DNA from: Lingula anatina
Taxonomy: Eukaryota; Animalia; Brachiopoda
Direction of reading: 5' to 3'
DNA length: 64,000 bases
NCBI GenBank assembly: GCA_051362555.1
Contig: CM120647.1
Span: forward strand, 1,426,001-1,490,000
A program made the position numbers and the translations under genes. How positions within the stretch are numbered: position 1 is the stretch's first letter; each line of letters begins with the position of its first letter. The notes beneath the pieces were generated by a model that was given only the letters and a program-made list of their open reading frames with translations, ran no database searches and was not told the DNA's origin. Positions 25,710 to 38,931 of this stretch are shown here, in pieces.

Positions 25710-28489
25710 CACTGATTTATCATCATCATTATTATTATTATATTAATATAAAATGATTGTTAATAGTTTTGCAACTCAAGGCAAGGTGGGGAGGTTGGCT
25801 TTTATTTTATTTTTATTTTATTTTCTATTTTTTTTTTTTTTGATCGGATTTCGGTTGAAAATGCATGTCACAAACAAATTAAATGTCACAATTAACATGA
25901 TAACATATTAAGCATCATTTATGAATTACATCAAATAGTGTTCACTGTGGTGTCTGTAAAAGTCACCTCTTCGCGAACTACATGTTCACGCATTGAAGAG
26001 AATTTCCGTCTCATTTATCAGAAAATAATTATTCGTTTGTGGTGTTTTGTCCATCATGCACGAAAACATTAAGATAAAATTAAACAGAATAATTTATAGG
26101 AACTAACGTGCTTTGTATTGATTAAATACTCGAAGTAATGTAGAAAGCTTTTACACTAACACGGAAAACAATTTTAATTTTCTATTACAGCTAAATAGCA
26201 TAGCTAAAACATTAACTCCAGCTACCTGTAAGTGAAGAACTAATGGCAGCTTAGATTAAATCAGCTGGTTTGCTCTCTTTATGCCGTCCGCGGTAGACTT
26301 AGAGTTGGCACATGAGGAAATCATCGAATTGTACAAGGTGTTACGGAAAAACAGCTTTCTGAAAAAGTCAAAGATAAGAACATTTATACTTTTCAAAAGC
26401 ACCTTCAATAATAATCCATATCTTAGGTTGTCCATGGGTAAGACATTAAGATTATTACTGTGCCAATTTAAATGCTGAATACTGCCGCTGAGACTATAGA
26501 CTGGCCGCTACGTGGGGGAAGAGGCTTTTCTCCGCCTTTGCTTATTGTGTGATAAGAGCATGGTTGAGGATGAGATTCAGTAGGCTTGTTAAGGACCAAA
26601 AATTGGCCAAACGCTGCATTTGTAGTTCAAATGTCTAACTTGGCATGAATGTTTTTTGGGCAAAACAATTTTTTATCCAAAGAGACACGCTATATCGATG
26701 CATTTATTAGCACAAATTATGCAAATTAGTTACCATCAATATTTGGCCTAAAACACGTATAGATCATCAAACCTGACTAAATTAGGGACAAGGAATCCAT
26801 TTTTGATATTATGTAAGCAACTGGCGGCCATTTTGTGCCTCAAATCCAAGATGGCGGATGGTAGCTTTGAGATGGACACCACCTGGAAAAAGAAAGAGAG
26901 GAAGGCCCAAGACCACCTGGCGCCGAACAGTGATGGCAGAGCTGAGGGAGGGGGACCTTACATGGGGACAGGCCCAGCACGTAGCCAGAGACAGGGCCAA
27001 ATGGAAAGAAGTGACTGTGGCCTTATGTCCCACATGGGACGAAGAGCAATGATGATGATGTTGATTTTTGAAGCGTTCGACCTACATATATGTTGTATAT
27101 AGATTTCTACTATTTTGGAGGTGCAAAAGTAATTTTTTATATTGTTTTGGTGATTGAAGTTGATTTGAAGGGGCTAAGAGGGAGTTTTAAGTGAATACCA
27201 AGTTATATATGTGTGAACGCTGCAAAACCATGGATATTGATAACCTGTCTTCAAGTATACTTCAGTGCAATTTTTTTTATAAACCAACCATATTGGACAA
27301 AATTATGAGCGAGAAACTCTTTCTTACCATTATGAAGGCCATTGGTGGCCATTTTATCCCTGAAATCCAAGATGGCCGCCAAAAATCATTTTGAAATTGA
27401 GCATAATTCGCCATTTTGAAACTTAATGTATTACGTCTTTCTTAATGAGAAGTACGCTGTTTTGTATTTTTTCTGGTGCATTTTTATTATTATCTGCTTC
27501 ATAAAATGTGAGCACATCTATTTAAAGCCTCCAAAATAAATATACATGGAGGCTTAATTAAGTTATCTCATAGTCTTTACGTCATGTAGTATAATTAGTA
27601 CAAAATGTTTCATAACATCTTAAAGACCTTGAAACAAGTGCATGAAACCAAAATGGCTTAATTAAAGGTAAAGAACACTGGGGCAGACCCAGAGATATTT
27701 TCTGACAGTCTTCCAAATTATCTTTATTGATCCATCCTCCATTTTGACCGTCCTCCGACAGAAAAAATTAGATACCGTCAATGTAAACTTGAAAATCTGA
27801 CCGTCTTCCGGAAGACCCAGAAGACCCTGGCTCTCAAGCCGCCTTCCCAGGTACATTGGAATATACAAATACCCAGTTTGCTGGCTAAAAAAAAGAACAC
27901 AGTTTTTTTGTTTTGACCACAGTGCTTCTACAGGCCTAAAAATGCACCCGATAGCAATCATTTCAACAGCTGCGGGAGTTAGTTTGTGATATTTGATTTT
28001 GTAAGCCGACTTCCTCAACTAAAGTCCATTACACTGTAGGACGTTTGGGAAAATACGTCTAGAAATGAAAATGCTATTCCATTTTTTGCGAGTGAAAAAT
28101 ACCTACAGTATTAGGAATGCTATAAACTAATTACAATAATTATAATTACTTTTGGTTCCGCCAACTTCATATTCCGAGTCAATGTGTTATAATTTGAATT
28201 TAGAGACTGGACCTTTTTTCCTTTCAATGTTATGAGCTGACTAGCCAATACAAGCAGTCAAACTGACGGTTACTCTCTTGTGACCTTGATAGTTATTATT
28301 TTATACAAAGCAAAGGAAAGCTTGGAGAGTGCTTATGGACATTTCAAATGTAATTAACGAACCCAAGGTGGAAGTAACAATAGATAGTTTCACAGCAATT
28401 TCATATTAACCAAGTCCATTCAAGGTAGTTATATGAATGCAAACGGATGTAAAGATGTAAGTCAATTTTGACTGCTTGTCTTGCTGATA

Positions 28490-30443
28490 CACTGTAAAAA
28501 CAGTGTTTAGCTCTGAGACACATTTCTAAGCGCCTGTTTTGTCTCATTTTTTCCACGTTTAGCACCTAAGCACGTTTAGCCTATTAACATGTTACACGCT
28601 TTGACGTGCTTGACGCCTAATAAATGTAGGGTGTATTTATTTAACTTTAAGGTTGTAACGTTATCAACTGTTTCAGTCACTCTCTCTCACACACACGCAC
28701 GCGCGTGAGCGAAGTCACGGTCACCTTTAACTGCTATAGCTATCTCTATCTATAACAGAGTACCGTGAACTGTCAACATAGTTGACTCACACCATCATCT
28801 TTACAGCGGGACTTATTCATCCTTGTGTTAGCTGACCTTGCGAGGAAGTTAGTTGGAATATATTTCTGAAAAACAAGTTAGGAAAATTCACTAGTTTACT
28901 AAAGACATGAAACAACTATCACTTTTACTTTAAAACATTTTTTTCATATTTTGATAAAATGCGTTAAGGTATTGATGTTCATTTATTTTTTACAGAAGTA
29001 ATGAACAATAGAACATCAGGATGATGGTGGGGTATTCATTATAATGGTTTATTTAAGCTTTCATCACATGCTGGTTATTTTGGTAACGATAGTCCGAATA
29101 TTTTTCAAATCGCACCGCTCTAGTCGCCGACTAACCCAAGCCCATTTTGGAATTAACCGCTAACTGTAGTTCATACAGCATAAGACGTGTTTTGGTGATT
29201 AATAAAGAAAGTTTTCAAAACATTAAATAATGTTTTTCCAGAATGTTATAAAACGCTTATAAAACTGCAAGGGCATCATTTTGCATGGAGTTAAAAACAC
29301 CCATAACGTTACCATGACGTTATTCTATACCAGGGCCGTAGCCTCTGGGGGGGCAGGGGGGGGCAGCTGCCCCCCCCCCCCCTGGGATTTGAGGTGCAAA
29401 GAAAAAAAATAATAATAATCGCATAGGTAAAAAAAAATAATTGCAAAGTTGGCATCAATTCTGTGAGAAAATGCACTCATGGCCACTAGACAATCATTCA
29501 ACAATCTGTTTACAAAGGTGTCTATTTTTAGCCAACTCCAAAAAGCTCACCCTCCCTTAGGGAGCTCTCCTGATCCTATTCCTAATCCTGAGACAATCTA
29601 CGAAATGAAGTCCAACTGGCGTGTTGTGTTGAAAAAATGACTGTACTTATGGCAAAATGAACCCACAATTTCTGACTTCTGTTGAGCAATAAATAAGTTA
29701 AAATGCACCAGAATGCAGTATTATACATACAGTTTTTTAAAATTTTCCACACCGTGGGAGGGGGACAACCCCTCCCACACCCTCCCCCTCTCAGGGCCTT
29801 TGCCCCTCGTGTCCGCTTACTGCCCCCCCTGGCATTTTGCTCAGGCTACGGCCCTGTATACCATCACCATCATGTAACCAGCTGATAACGTCGTGAAAAC
29901 GTTATTTGTTATTTGGATTATTACTTAATAGGCCTATTTTAAATAATCACACGTTACTGCAAGGAAGGACACAACGCGTTCGAGCAGGCTGCTTCTCGCC
30001 TCCAACAGCCCCATATGTTTACAAGGGGACGTGTTAAGCAAAATTGTTGAGTCTTGTAATAAACTTGTTATGGGATCGTATATATGGAATTGTGAAGCAT
30101 TTTTTTCTGTGACGAACTTGAAAAGCTAAACATGTTGTTTAGCAGCTCCACGCGTTAAGGAATTCCACACCTATAGCAGCTCCATATGTTTAGCAGCCTC
30201 ACGCGCTTAGCAGAGGAAGTGCTTAGCCAATGTGCTTAGCTTGTGATATACTTGTTAAAGAATCATACGCCGGTGAAGCTAAACACATAGCTAAACGCGT
30301 AACAATGCCAACATGTCAAGCTTTTTCTTCTGTGAAACGTTTGAAAAGCTGTACGCGTTTAGCATTTACACAGATTTCTAAATGCGTATAGGTGCCTAAC
30401 GTGTGTTGTATGTATTTAAATGCTAAACACTGTTTTTACAGTG
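28490..30443. mobile_element. Non-autonomous EnSpm/CACTA-type element with CACTG termini, unit 2 only
   Basis: TIR CACTGTAAAAACAGTGTTTAGC at both ends, TA/TA TSD, empty site at ~13744. Confidence 0.88.
29331..29856. mobile_element. Nested MITE with CAGGGCCGTAGCC TIR and 5-bp TSD
   Basis: CAGGGCCGTAGCCT...AGGCTACGGCCCTG with TATAC/TATAC. Confidence 0.85.
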
Positions 30444-31984
30444 TACTGTGAGAGTAAATTAAAATGAAATAAAATGTTTTCCCTATTTCTTGTGCTTCTG
30501 TTGACAGTTCGGAATAAATAAGATACATGTGTAGCGATCTGTCTGTCGTTTAAACTTTTCTAAGTGCCGTATTATTTTTTCTGTCAATGGCATTAATCCA
30601 TATATTTCAAGAAACATGGACTTCGTTTCAAATTGTTATGATAGATCTAGAATCATACAATAGTAGTTACAAAAAAGCGTTATACCTAATCACACACTGA
30701 GTGTAAGTGGTTGTCAGTACAACGTCTTTGCAAACAGGGTTTTTGTCACTGATCGAGTTTATGCCCCTATTTCACACAGACCACGAATCGCCATGGATTG
30801 ACAAATTTCAGAATTCGTGGTTGAATCGTAACCAGTTCGTGTAGTTCTTAACACATACGTATATAATCGTAGTCAGTTCTTGCAATTCTTGATCAATCGG
30901 GATTTCGTGACAAAAATTTTGAGCTGTTCAAAATTTTGGCCCCGAACTCCCGATTCCAAAAAATCGTAGTGAATTTCTGGACAATATTCGTGCGGTTCCA
31001 GCCGAATCCCACGAATATTAGTAACACAATTGCACCTGTATTGTAACTGAATCGTAGAGCGTGTCGAATTAGACCAGAAAATTGGCAAAATCTCACGAAT
31101 CCTCACGAATCCTGAAATGTGTTAATTCCTGGCGATTCGTGGGATTCGTGGTTTGTGTGAAATAGGCTCATTAACGGAATGTCAGCTTAGTTCTGTACGT
31201 GCCCAGCAAACACAAAACGTTACTATAACGTCACCTTAACGTAAATTTTACCAAAAAACGTTATGATCACGTTATGGTAACGCTATAAAACGTTCTGTGT
31301 TTGGTGGGTGGAGGTCGTTTCTGGTTTCAGACTATTTTACTCCCAACTAAAAAAATGAAATGTACAATAAAATAAAGTTAAGTGCAAGAAAACAACCCAC
31401 TAGCAAAAACGAGTTTGAGACCCTGCGCATAATTTAGAAATCGACAAAGAAAGGTGGTCAGATCGAGATTCGCAGGGAGGACCGTTTGCGTCAGATGAAA
31501 GAAGAGATAAAAATTCCACACATGTTCACATGCTTAGGAAATCTTACAAATGCATTAATTAGTCCGTATGCACAAGTCATTTCAACGTGTATGCGATTAC
31601 ATCTATATAGTTATACGTGAATGATTTTGAGATGGACTATCAGATGTCTGGGAGGATAAAAATGTACCAGATGAATCTTATTTTCTTAAAGGCTTTGAAA
31701 CACGTTTAAGGGACAATTTTTATTCAAGAAATTCGTGAAACAATACAAAAAACATCTAAATGTTAACTGTATAGACACTTGACGGATATTTTCGACCTAC
31801 AAGGCTATCTAGGAAAAAATCTCTCCTTTAAAACTAGACAAATTATATGTAAGTTAAGAATGTCAGATCATAAACTCACGATTGAAAAGGGGAGATACCA
31901 CAGTGTTCCGAAAAAAGATAGAAAATGTATACTATGTGACCGAAATGATATAGAGGATGAGTTTCATTTTGTCTTTATCTGCCC

Positions 31985-32036
<52 letters not shown>

Positions 32037-32277
32037 TTTATTTTAAGTCTAAAATCCATTTAAAATGTTCAGTAGACTTTACATAAAATATCATTAATAA
32101 TACTACATAAAATATCATAAATAAAATCTAGGTAAAACAGCCATTATTCCATACAATTAAATGCAATTAATACAAAATTTATAAAACCAATTAAGAGTTA
32201 ATCAAAATATTTCCTAAAAAGGTACATGTATGTTTTGAGTTCTTTTTTGTAGTGACTTGAGAAGCAAATATAATAAA

Positions 32278-34336
32278 AACTAGAGGATCAGAGAGGCGAT
32301 ACCGCCTCCGAATATTGTACCACCAGCTGGAGCAAGCGCATTCATAAAGACCCCCACATATACAAAATAAGGAACACAGCCACCAGTCTTGTGCTTGACA
32401 AGCTGTAAAAATGCAATCAACAAGAATTTTCAAAATATGCAAAAAATATATATATTACTAAAAATGGTACAATCAAAGTTAAGTTCATCGCAAGGTAGGT
32501 CAAAGGTCAATTCCAAGGTCACAGTAAATTGCCAGTATATGACTTCTTATTCAACTTCAATAGTAACTATGGGCCTATCTCTGCCAGGTTTGGAGTTAAA
32601 AGAGAAAGAAATTAGCAGAGTTCAGTTCATGATAATAACTAGGTCAAAGGTCAATTTCAAGGTCACACTTAGATTGCCAGTATATGACTTCCTATTCACG
32701 TTCAATAGTAACTATGGACCTATCTCTGCCAGTTTTGGAGATAAAGGGGAAGCAAACTATGCAAAGTTCAGTTCATGGTGAAAAGTAGGTCAAAGGTCAA
32801 TTTTAAGGTCACATTTAGATTGCCAGTATATGACTTCCTATTCAACTTCAATAGTAACTATGGACCTATCTCTGCCAGTTTTGGAGATAAAAGGGAAGCA
32901 AAATTTGCAAAGTTCAGTTCATGGTGAAAAGTAGGTCAAAGGTCAATTTTAAGGTCACATTTAGATTGCCAGTATATGACTTCCTATTCAACTTCAATAG
33001 TAACTATGGACCTATCTCTGCCAGTTTTGGAGATAAAAGGGAAGCAAAATTTGCAAAGTTCAGTTCATGGTGAAAAGTAGGTCAAAGGTCAATTTTAAGG
33101 TCACATTTAGATTGCCAGTATATGACTTCCTATTCAAGTTCAATAGAAACTATGGACCTATCTCTGCCAGTTTTGGAGATAAAAAGGAAGCAAAATTTGC
33201 AAAGTTCAGTTCATGGTGAAAAGTAGGTCAAAGGTCAATTTTAAGGTCACATTTAGATTGCCAGTGTATGACTTCCTATTCAAGTTCAATAGTAACTATG
33301 GACCTATCTCTGCCAGTTTTGGAGATATAAGGGACTAAATGTTATAATTTTGGAGTTACCATAATGTGCCATAAATTTCCTACAAAAAAAATTAATTAAA
33401 ATAAAGAAAAGGTCATTTTGGTCAAAATTCTTGAAATGGGAGGTGCTCTGAAGTTCTAGATGTTCAAATTTGATGAAATAATGTCATTTTTGACCACAAG
33501 TTGTCTGCTTTGCCAAGCCTTATGTTTTATTTTTCCGGAGTTCAAAATTTATTATCCATTACCGTACTGCACATTTTGCTTTCACCACCAATATGTACTT
33601 TTTGATACAGCGTAACTCGAAAACCGTATGGAATACAAAAAAACGGAGACCACCTCCAGTGTTGGGCTTTACATGCTCTACAAAATGCAAAAAAGAATGG
33701 GTGTCTAGCATTAACGGTTCCCGAATTAGAGACAGTTTTCAGTTTCGATATCTTATGGCCGCTACTCCCGTGAAAATGCACCGATTGACCCCAAATTCAC
33801 GGAGATGAAAGATGACCTGAAGGGTAACACTTTCCATTAATATTATTAGTTAAGTCTGTGTGGTGTCTGAATAAGACCGCAAATAATTTTTTTTTTTTGG
33901 CAAAAATTTTGTTTTTTTGAAAATTTTGGCCCGTTTGACCTTAAAATAAAGGTCAAAGGTCAAATCCAAGGGCATATTTGAAATCTACACATATGACTTT
34001 TGGAAAGCTGTCTGTAGAAATTTTTCCCATAATTCCTTCTGTAGGGGAGATAATTAGCATTTAATTTTGCCATTTTTGGACAAGGGTGCATTGCAATGAG
34101 TGCCACACCTAGACCCCAATACCGACAAAGCCCAAATTTTACGTGGAACGAGTTGAGATTATAGGTGACCTAAATCCAAGAGATGGGTATGGAGGCCCTT
34201 ACCGTCTAGGAGGAGAAGCGGTAACGGTGACTTGGCGGCGGAGCCGCAGGAGCCGCAGGAGCCGGCGGAGCCGGCGGAACATACGGGTCGGGACTAAAAC
34301 CATGTGTACCGCCAGCGCCTACGCTGGTGGTACAAA
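32278..34336 (-). mobile_element. Non-autonomous Helentron/HINE (DINE-1/pearl-like), unit 2 only
   Basis: Subterminal IR TTGTACCACCAGC (32316) / GCTGGTGGTACAA (34323), hairpin GAGGCGATACCGCCTC near the CTAGTT end, GC-rich short repeats 34235-34280, central tandem array, A-run target without TSD; empty site at ~16765. Confidence 0.85.
32497..33330. repeat. 146-bp tandem array, about six units
   Basis: AGGTCAAAGG recurs at 32497, 32641, 32787, 32933, 33079 and 33225. Confidence 0.95.
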
Positions 34337-34691
34337 TATTACTGGCAGAAGCCCTCGGTTTTTAAATTAATACTGTTATTTGGAAGTCATAACCTAACAG
34401 AAAATAGAAATCTCGGAAAAATTTTATTACAGGCCTGAAAGCGCAGGGAAATTACATGTTAAGAACTACATATATACATGTATATATACGAAAGATATAA
34501 ATATTATACTTGACGTACTGGCATTGTGTTATCTTCATTCTCATTTATTTATTCTATTGTGATTAACATTATTATGATGTAAATTATTGTACCGTACCTA
34601 TGACAAGAATGTCACGGTAAATAAACTACTACTACTAGTGGCCATATCGTAAAACAGAGCACGTTATAGATATTTGTTTTCCTAGTTAGGC

Positions 34692-34934
34692 ACTGGCGAA
34701 TTTAGAGCGATTTGTCGGGGGGGGGGGGGGGGGGTTAAATTAGAATTTTGATTAGGTAAATCATAGGTTCAAATCATATCAAAGGGTGCTGTTTGCTCTC
34801 CAAAACACCAAAAAAAGTTTTCGGGGCCCTTGAACAGGTCCCGAATCCCACGCCTAGGGGGCGATGATCGGCTTCGCATCCGAGGCCTGTCTTTCCGGAC
34901 TCCTCCCCCCTCAAAAATCCTGGATCCGCCCTTG
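34692..34934. mobile_element. Degraded GGATCCGCCC-type MITE
   Basis: Ends in AAATCCTGGATCCGCCCTTG; interior shares AAATTAGAATTTTGA with 24937-25200. Confidence 0.55.
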
Positions 34935-35487
34935 TTAAGTGCATATTTATACGCTGGTGGTACTAATTATTAATGCAGAAAACACTTCAGGAACGTTTGC
35001 CCAGGAGGCTTTTATTTCCTTTGTGTAAAATATTTTCCCAATTTCTCTTCAAATTCAGAAGTTTTATGTACTACATTTTTACGACGAGAAATTATATGCA
35101 ACAACTCGTAACAGCTTCCTATTTTTACACAGTAGAAATATATCTGATACCATCTAAAATACATTGCTTTATAAAGCCTTAGTACAGTGATGAGAATAAA
35201 AAATAAAGGTTATGGATGAGTTCGCAAATGTTCAAAGATTTGGTCTTGACTTGGCAAAACAAAAGCTGCTAAATATTTATGCAATTTGTGAGGCAGACGC
35301 TGTAGCCCGCATCGTAGTCCGAAACGTTTACTATGATGAAAAAATGTTTTTAAATTAATTAATTTATTTCTCTAAACTAAATTTGCGGCGAGAGTCACCT
35401 TCAAATCGTCCCTGTGTACTTTACAGAAGCAACCGTCATCTACATTTACACGGCAAACAACAGAGTATTACAACATACACTGTAGCC

Positions 35488-36633
35488 TTATAATCGGGTA
35501 GTTAAAGTAGTAGTGGACGCCGTGATTGGAGTTGTTGTCGCATTTTCTCTGCTTAAGCACTGTCCGTCATTCCCAGAACCGCTAGCTGGGGTTTCAGCGT
35601 TCAGACGACAACGAAAACACTCTTTGAAAAGTTTCACCAACTCGTCCCGAAATACTTGAGCCGCCGCAACAAAAAGAAAAAAGTTAGTGTTGTGATTCAG
35701 CAAACCTACCAGGAACAATATAGGTCGTATGTACTTGATCTGCAAAAAGCGTTCTATGAAACTGGCACTTCCTATATCGAATACGATTACAGTTTCCAAG
35801 TAGACGTCAACGATAAAAATGGGCAAAGTGAGCAAGATAAACGCTGTCAGTGTCGTTAACAATAGAATATTGACTTTGGTGTTCCTGGTTCCACTGCTAT
35901 CACCGTGCTGCTGATGACCAGCCAGTTGATGTCTTACGGAATGGATCTTCCTAAGTTTATACACAATGGCGACCGTCATCGCTGTAATGGCTATTGTGAT
36001 TACGAACCACACCACATACGTTGCATACTTAAAAACGGAGATAAAATGAAATGCTGTTTCTCGATTTACATAGCAAATTACTATCAGTGGAGAACATAAT
36101 AATAAAACCAGAGGAATAGGAACAACAGAAGTCAGCAAAGCCTTTCGTCTCGTGCACAGAGAAGCTGCTTGCATAGGTTTGAAAATCATTATAAGTCTCT
36201 CTACGGTTAACACCAATATGTAATATATGGAAAGGCAATAACATGTCAACTGTAAAACATTTATAGCCTGCTTTACCTTGCGCGAAGGTGTCAGACCTGT
36301 TCGTTCATCAACAAAGATGCAAAAGAAAGATAGGAACGACAGACGTAACTGATCCGCACCGGCAAGGAACAGAATATAAACGAAGGTGGATTTCTGTCTA
36401 AGACCCAGACTTCGAAGAACCACCAGGAAGGTGAAAAAGTTACCAACCAGGCCGATGGATGTCAGGATGTGCACAGTGTTACACCAACATTTCTTCGACT
36501 CCATCCAGCAGTTTGGCTCTGGGGATAGCACGGTATCGTTCAAGTCGTCCGAATCGTACCTGCTAATATTTCCTTGGGAGACGCTGGTGCTATTAAAAAA
36601 TCCAACATCGTTTTGATAGTCAACCTCATGCAT
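35488..36633 (-). CDS. Class A GPCR copy 2, 381 aa
   Basis: Intact ORF, 15 amino-acid differences from copy 1. Confidence 0.93.
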   Translation of the reverse strand: MHEVDYQNDVGFFNSTSVSQGNISRYDSDDLNDTVLSPEPNCWMESKKCWCNTVHILTSIGLVGNFFTFLVVLRSLGLRQKSTFVYILFLAGADQLRLSFLSFFCIFVDERTGLTPSRKVKQAINVLQLTCYCLSIYYILVLTVERLIMIFKPMQAASLCTRRKALLTSVVPIPLVLLLCSPLIVICYVNRETAFHFISVFKYATYVVWFVITIAITAMTVAIVYKLRKIHSVRHQLAGHQQHGDSSGTRNTKVNILLLTTLTAFILLTLPIFIVDVYLETVIVFDIGSASFIERFLQIKYIRPILFLVGLLNHNTNFFLFVAAAQVFRDELVKLFKECFRCRLNAETPASGSGNDGQCLSRENATTTPITASTTTLTTRL

Positions 36634-37893
36634 TGTTAGTATGTAGTCTTCGAGTTTATTCTATTCCCGTTGGTAGTCACCAATACAGTACTAGCTGTTC
36701 AGGAAAAGATGACAAACTAAACGCAGGTAGTGCGAGTATATCACCAATATCCAGTGTACCTTATTTTATCTGCAAATAAAAATCTCTTTCCGACTGGATG
36801 GAGAATTGCTCTAGTAAAAGGGTGTCACTGACAATAGAAAATATTAAATTTTCATTTCGTCATCGCTCTCTCTCTTCTAATTGATGTATCAGTTTTTCTG
36901 TCAATGGCATTAATTTGTATGCCTTTTCTAAAAATCATTACGCTGCTTCAAATTGTTATAATAGAATTGAATGCATTGAAAGCTATTGTGCCTAATCAAG
37001 GCAATCTTACAAATGCATTAATTAGTCCGTATGCACAAGGCATTTCAACGTGTAAAAGCCAAGCTCGGCCTACTGCAGCACGATTAGTTACCACTATAAT
37101 AACGCGATGAACGGGCAATAAAATAATCAGATTTCATTCGAAGAAATATGTAATTAAATTAAATAATTAAATAACACCCTCAGAAACCTTATTTATTTTT
37201 GTAATACATAATATATAAATATTTAAAATCAAAACAAAGCTGCCACTTTTTATCGCTCAGCTGCGATAAGTGCATAAAGGACCCCTGAATACATTATAAT
37301 ACATTTTAATACATTATAATAATATTTCCCGGCTAAATTATTAATATATTTCAATAACAGTTCCTGCAAACACCAAGTCTGATTCAGACTTCTATCACGA
37401 CTACAGAACACCAATAAGGCCCGTAGACAGCAATTTCGAAAGGGGGCTTCTTTTTCTGAAAAAGTGGACCTTTCACCATGAAACTTTTATGTACCTAGAT
37501 AAAATTTTACTCAGAGGGGACCTTTTCCAGCAAAGAAAAAAAATGGGGGATTTTTTCTCTGAAGAAGTAGAATTTTCACCATGAAACCTTCACGTACCTA
37601 GATAAAACTTTACCCAACGGGGACATTTTCCCAGCAAAAATGGGGTGTGCTTTCGAACCCCCCGAACCCCCCTGGCTACGGGCCTGTCAATGTGCACCAA
37701 GGCACCTAGCTTCATCAGAGATCCAGTGAGCTAGGCCTGTGGCTGCTGCTTACTGTACCCCAAAAGCACGCTTGTGGATGAGGGTTAAACACTGAATAGA
37801 TATCCCGTGGGGAAGTATTCAATCGGGTCTACCATACTTGACCCTCAGACTAGTTAGTCCCCTATACTGAATGGGGCATTATTTATTTTGTAC

Positions 37894-38931
37894 CTTTGCC
37901 CATTTCACGAACACAATTTCCCCTTCTTCATATTGGGAGATGGGATGTTTCTTGGCATGTTGATGTTTCATTTTTTGGTTAGCAATGGAGTTTACATCAT
38001 CAGCCCTCTTGTGAATTGCCTTAAGCAACGACATGCGGTCCTTGATGGCTTCTGCTCTATTTTGTTCATTGCTAGTAATTTCCTGAAATCAATTAGTCAC
38101 TGAACAACTGAAAGGTCAACATTGACAAACATTAAAGATGCATGTACATTGTCTACAAGAGGGAGCAGTGAGAGCAGTCTATGATCGCATTCACAACGAG
38201 CTGAGCCAGGCTTTACAAATCATGGGGACTAAATATGGCGGACGTACATGAAAGAAAAACCGCCTAATCTTTTAATAGTCTCTACGCCTCTCACATGCCT
38301 CCCCATGTGTCGTCCCAATGGAGCCGAGATTTAATGACTGTCTCCCCGCAGGGACGACGTGTGGGGAGGCGTGTGAGAGGCGGAGAGACTATTAAAAGAT
38401 TAGGCGTTTTTCAGGGGCGGATCCAGAGATATTTTCTGACAGTCTTCCAATTTATCTTTGTTAATTCGTCCTCAATTTTTGACCGTTTCCTTCAGAATAA
38501 CCTGGCACATTCATCGTTAGGTACATATATGGTCTATAGGTTCTACATGACACAGGTCAAATTTTGGGCGATTTTGCGGCATTTTATTTAAAGTAGATAA
38601 AACTGGAGCCCTGCCAATGCCACTAACCGAGTTTCGTATGTGATAATACAATTTTTCTTTTCCAGCCCCTTTTGTTTTGGTGTGTGCCTCTTTTATAATT
38701 TGGGTATTTCTGACTTTTTTGGCACCACTCTCCCTTCCCACATGATTTCTGTTTTTCCATTAATTTCTTTTAGTGAATATTTTCCAGAGTCAAATCGTCT
38801 CAAAGCTGCACGGGCTTTGCCTGTTTCTTTAACTTTAGATCTCTGTTGCAGTTCACTGCGCAGCTTTCTGCCACTCAACAAATTGTGCAGCATTTCATAA
38901 AAAACATCATCAACTGCACTGATTCCACGGT
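37894..38931 (-). pseudogene. Ginger-like integrase relic in unit 2 with the catalytic core deleted
   Basis: Matches 19997-21877 but lacks ~20463-21522. Confidence 0.8.

Larger units (their letters stand above)
1..26323. repeat. Segmental duplication unit 1 (paralogous to 26324-43795)
   Basis: Position 1 matches 26324 (offset 26323); collinear identity for 1-1420 and 12984-26323 apart from indels. Confidence 0.92.

Noticed and set aside
32389-32781. 130-aa ORF
   Set aside because: Chance read-through of the 146-bp tandem array inside a non-autonomous element
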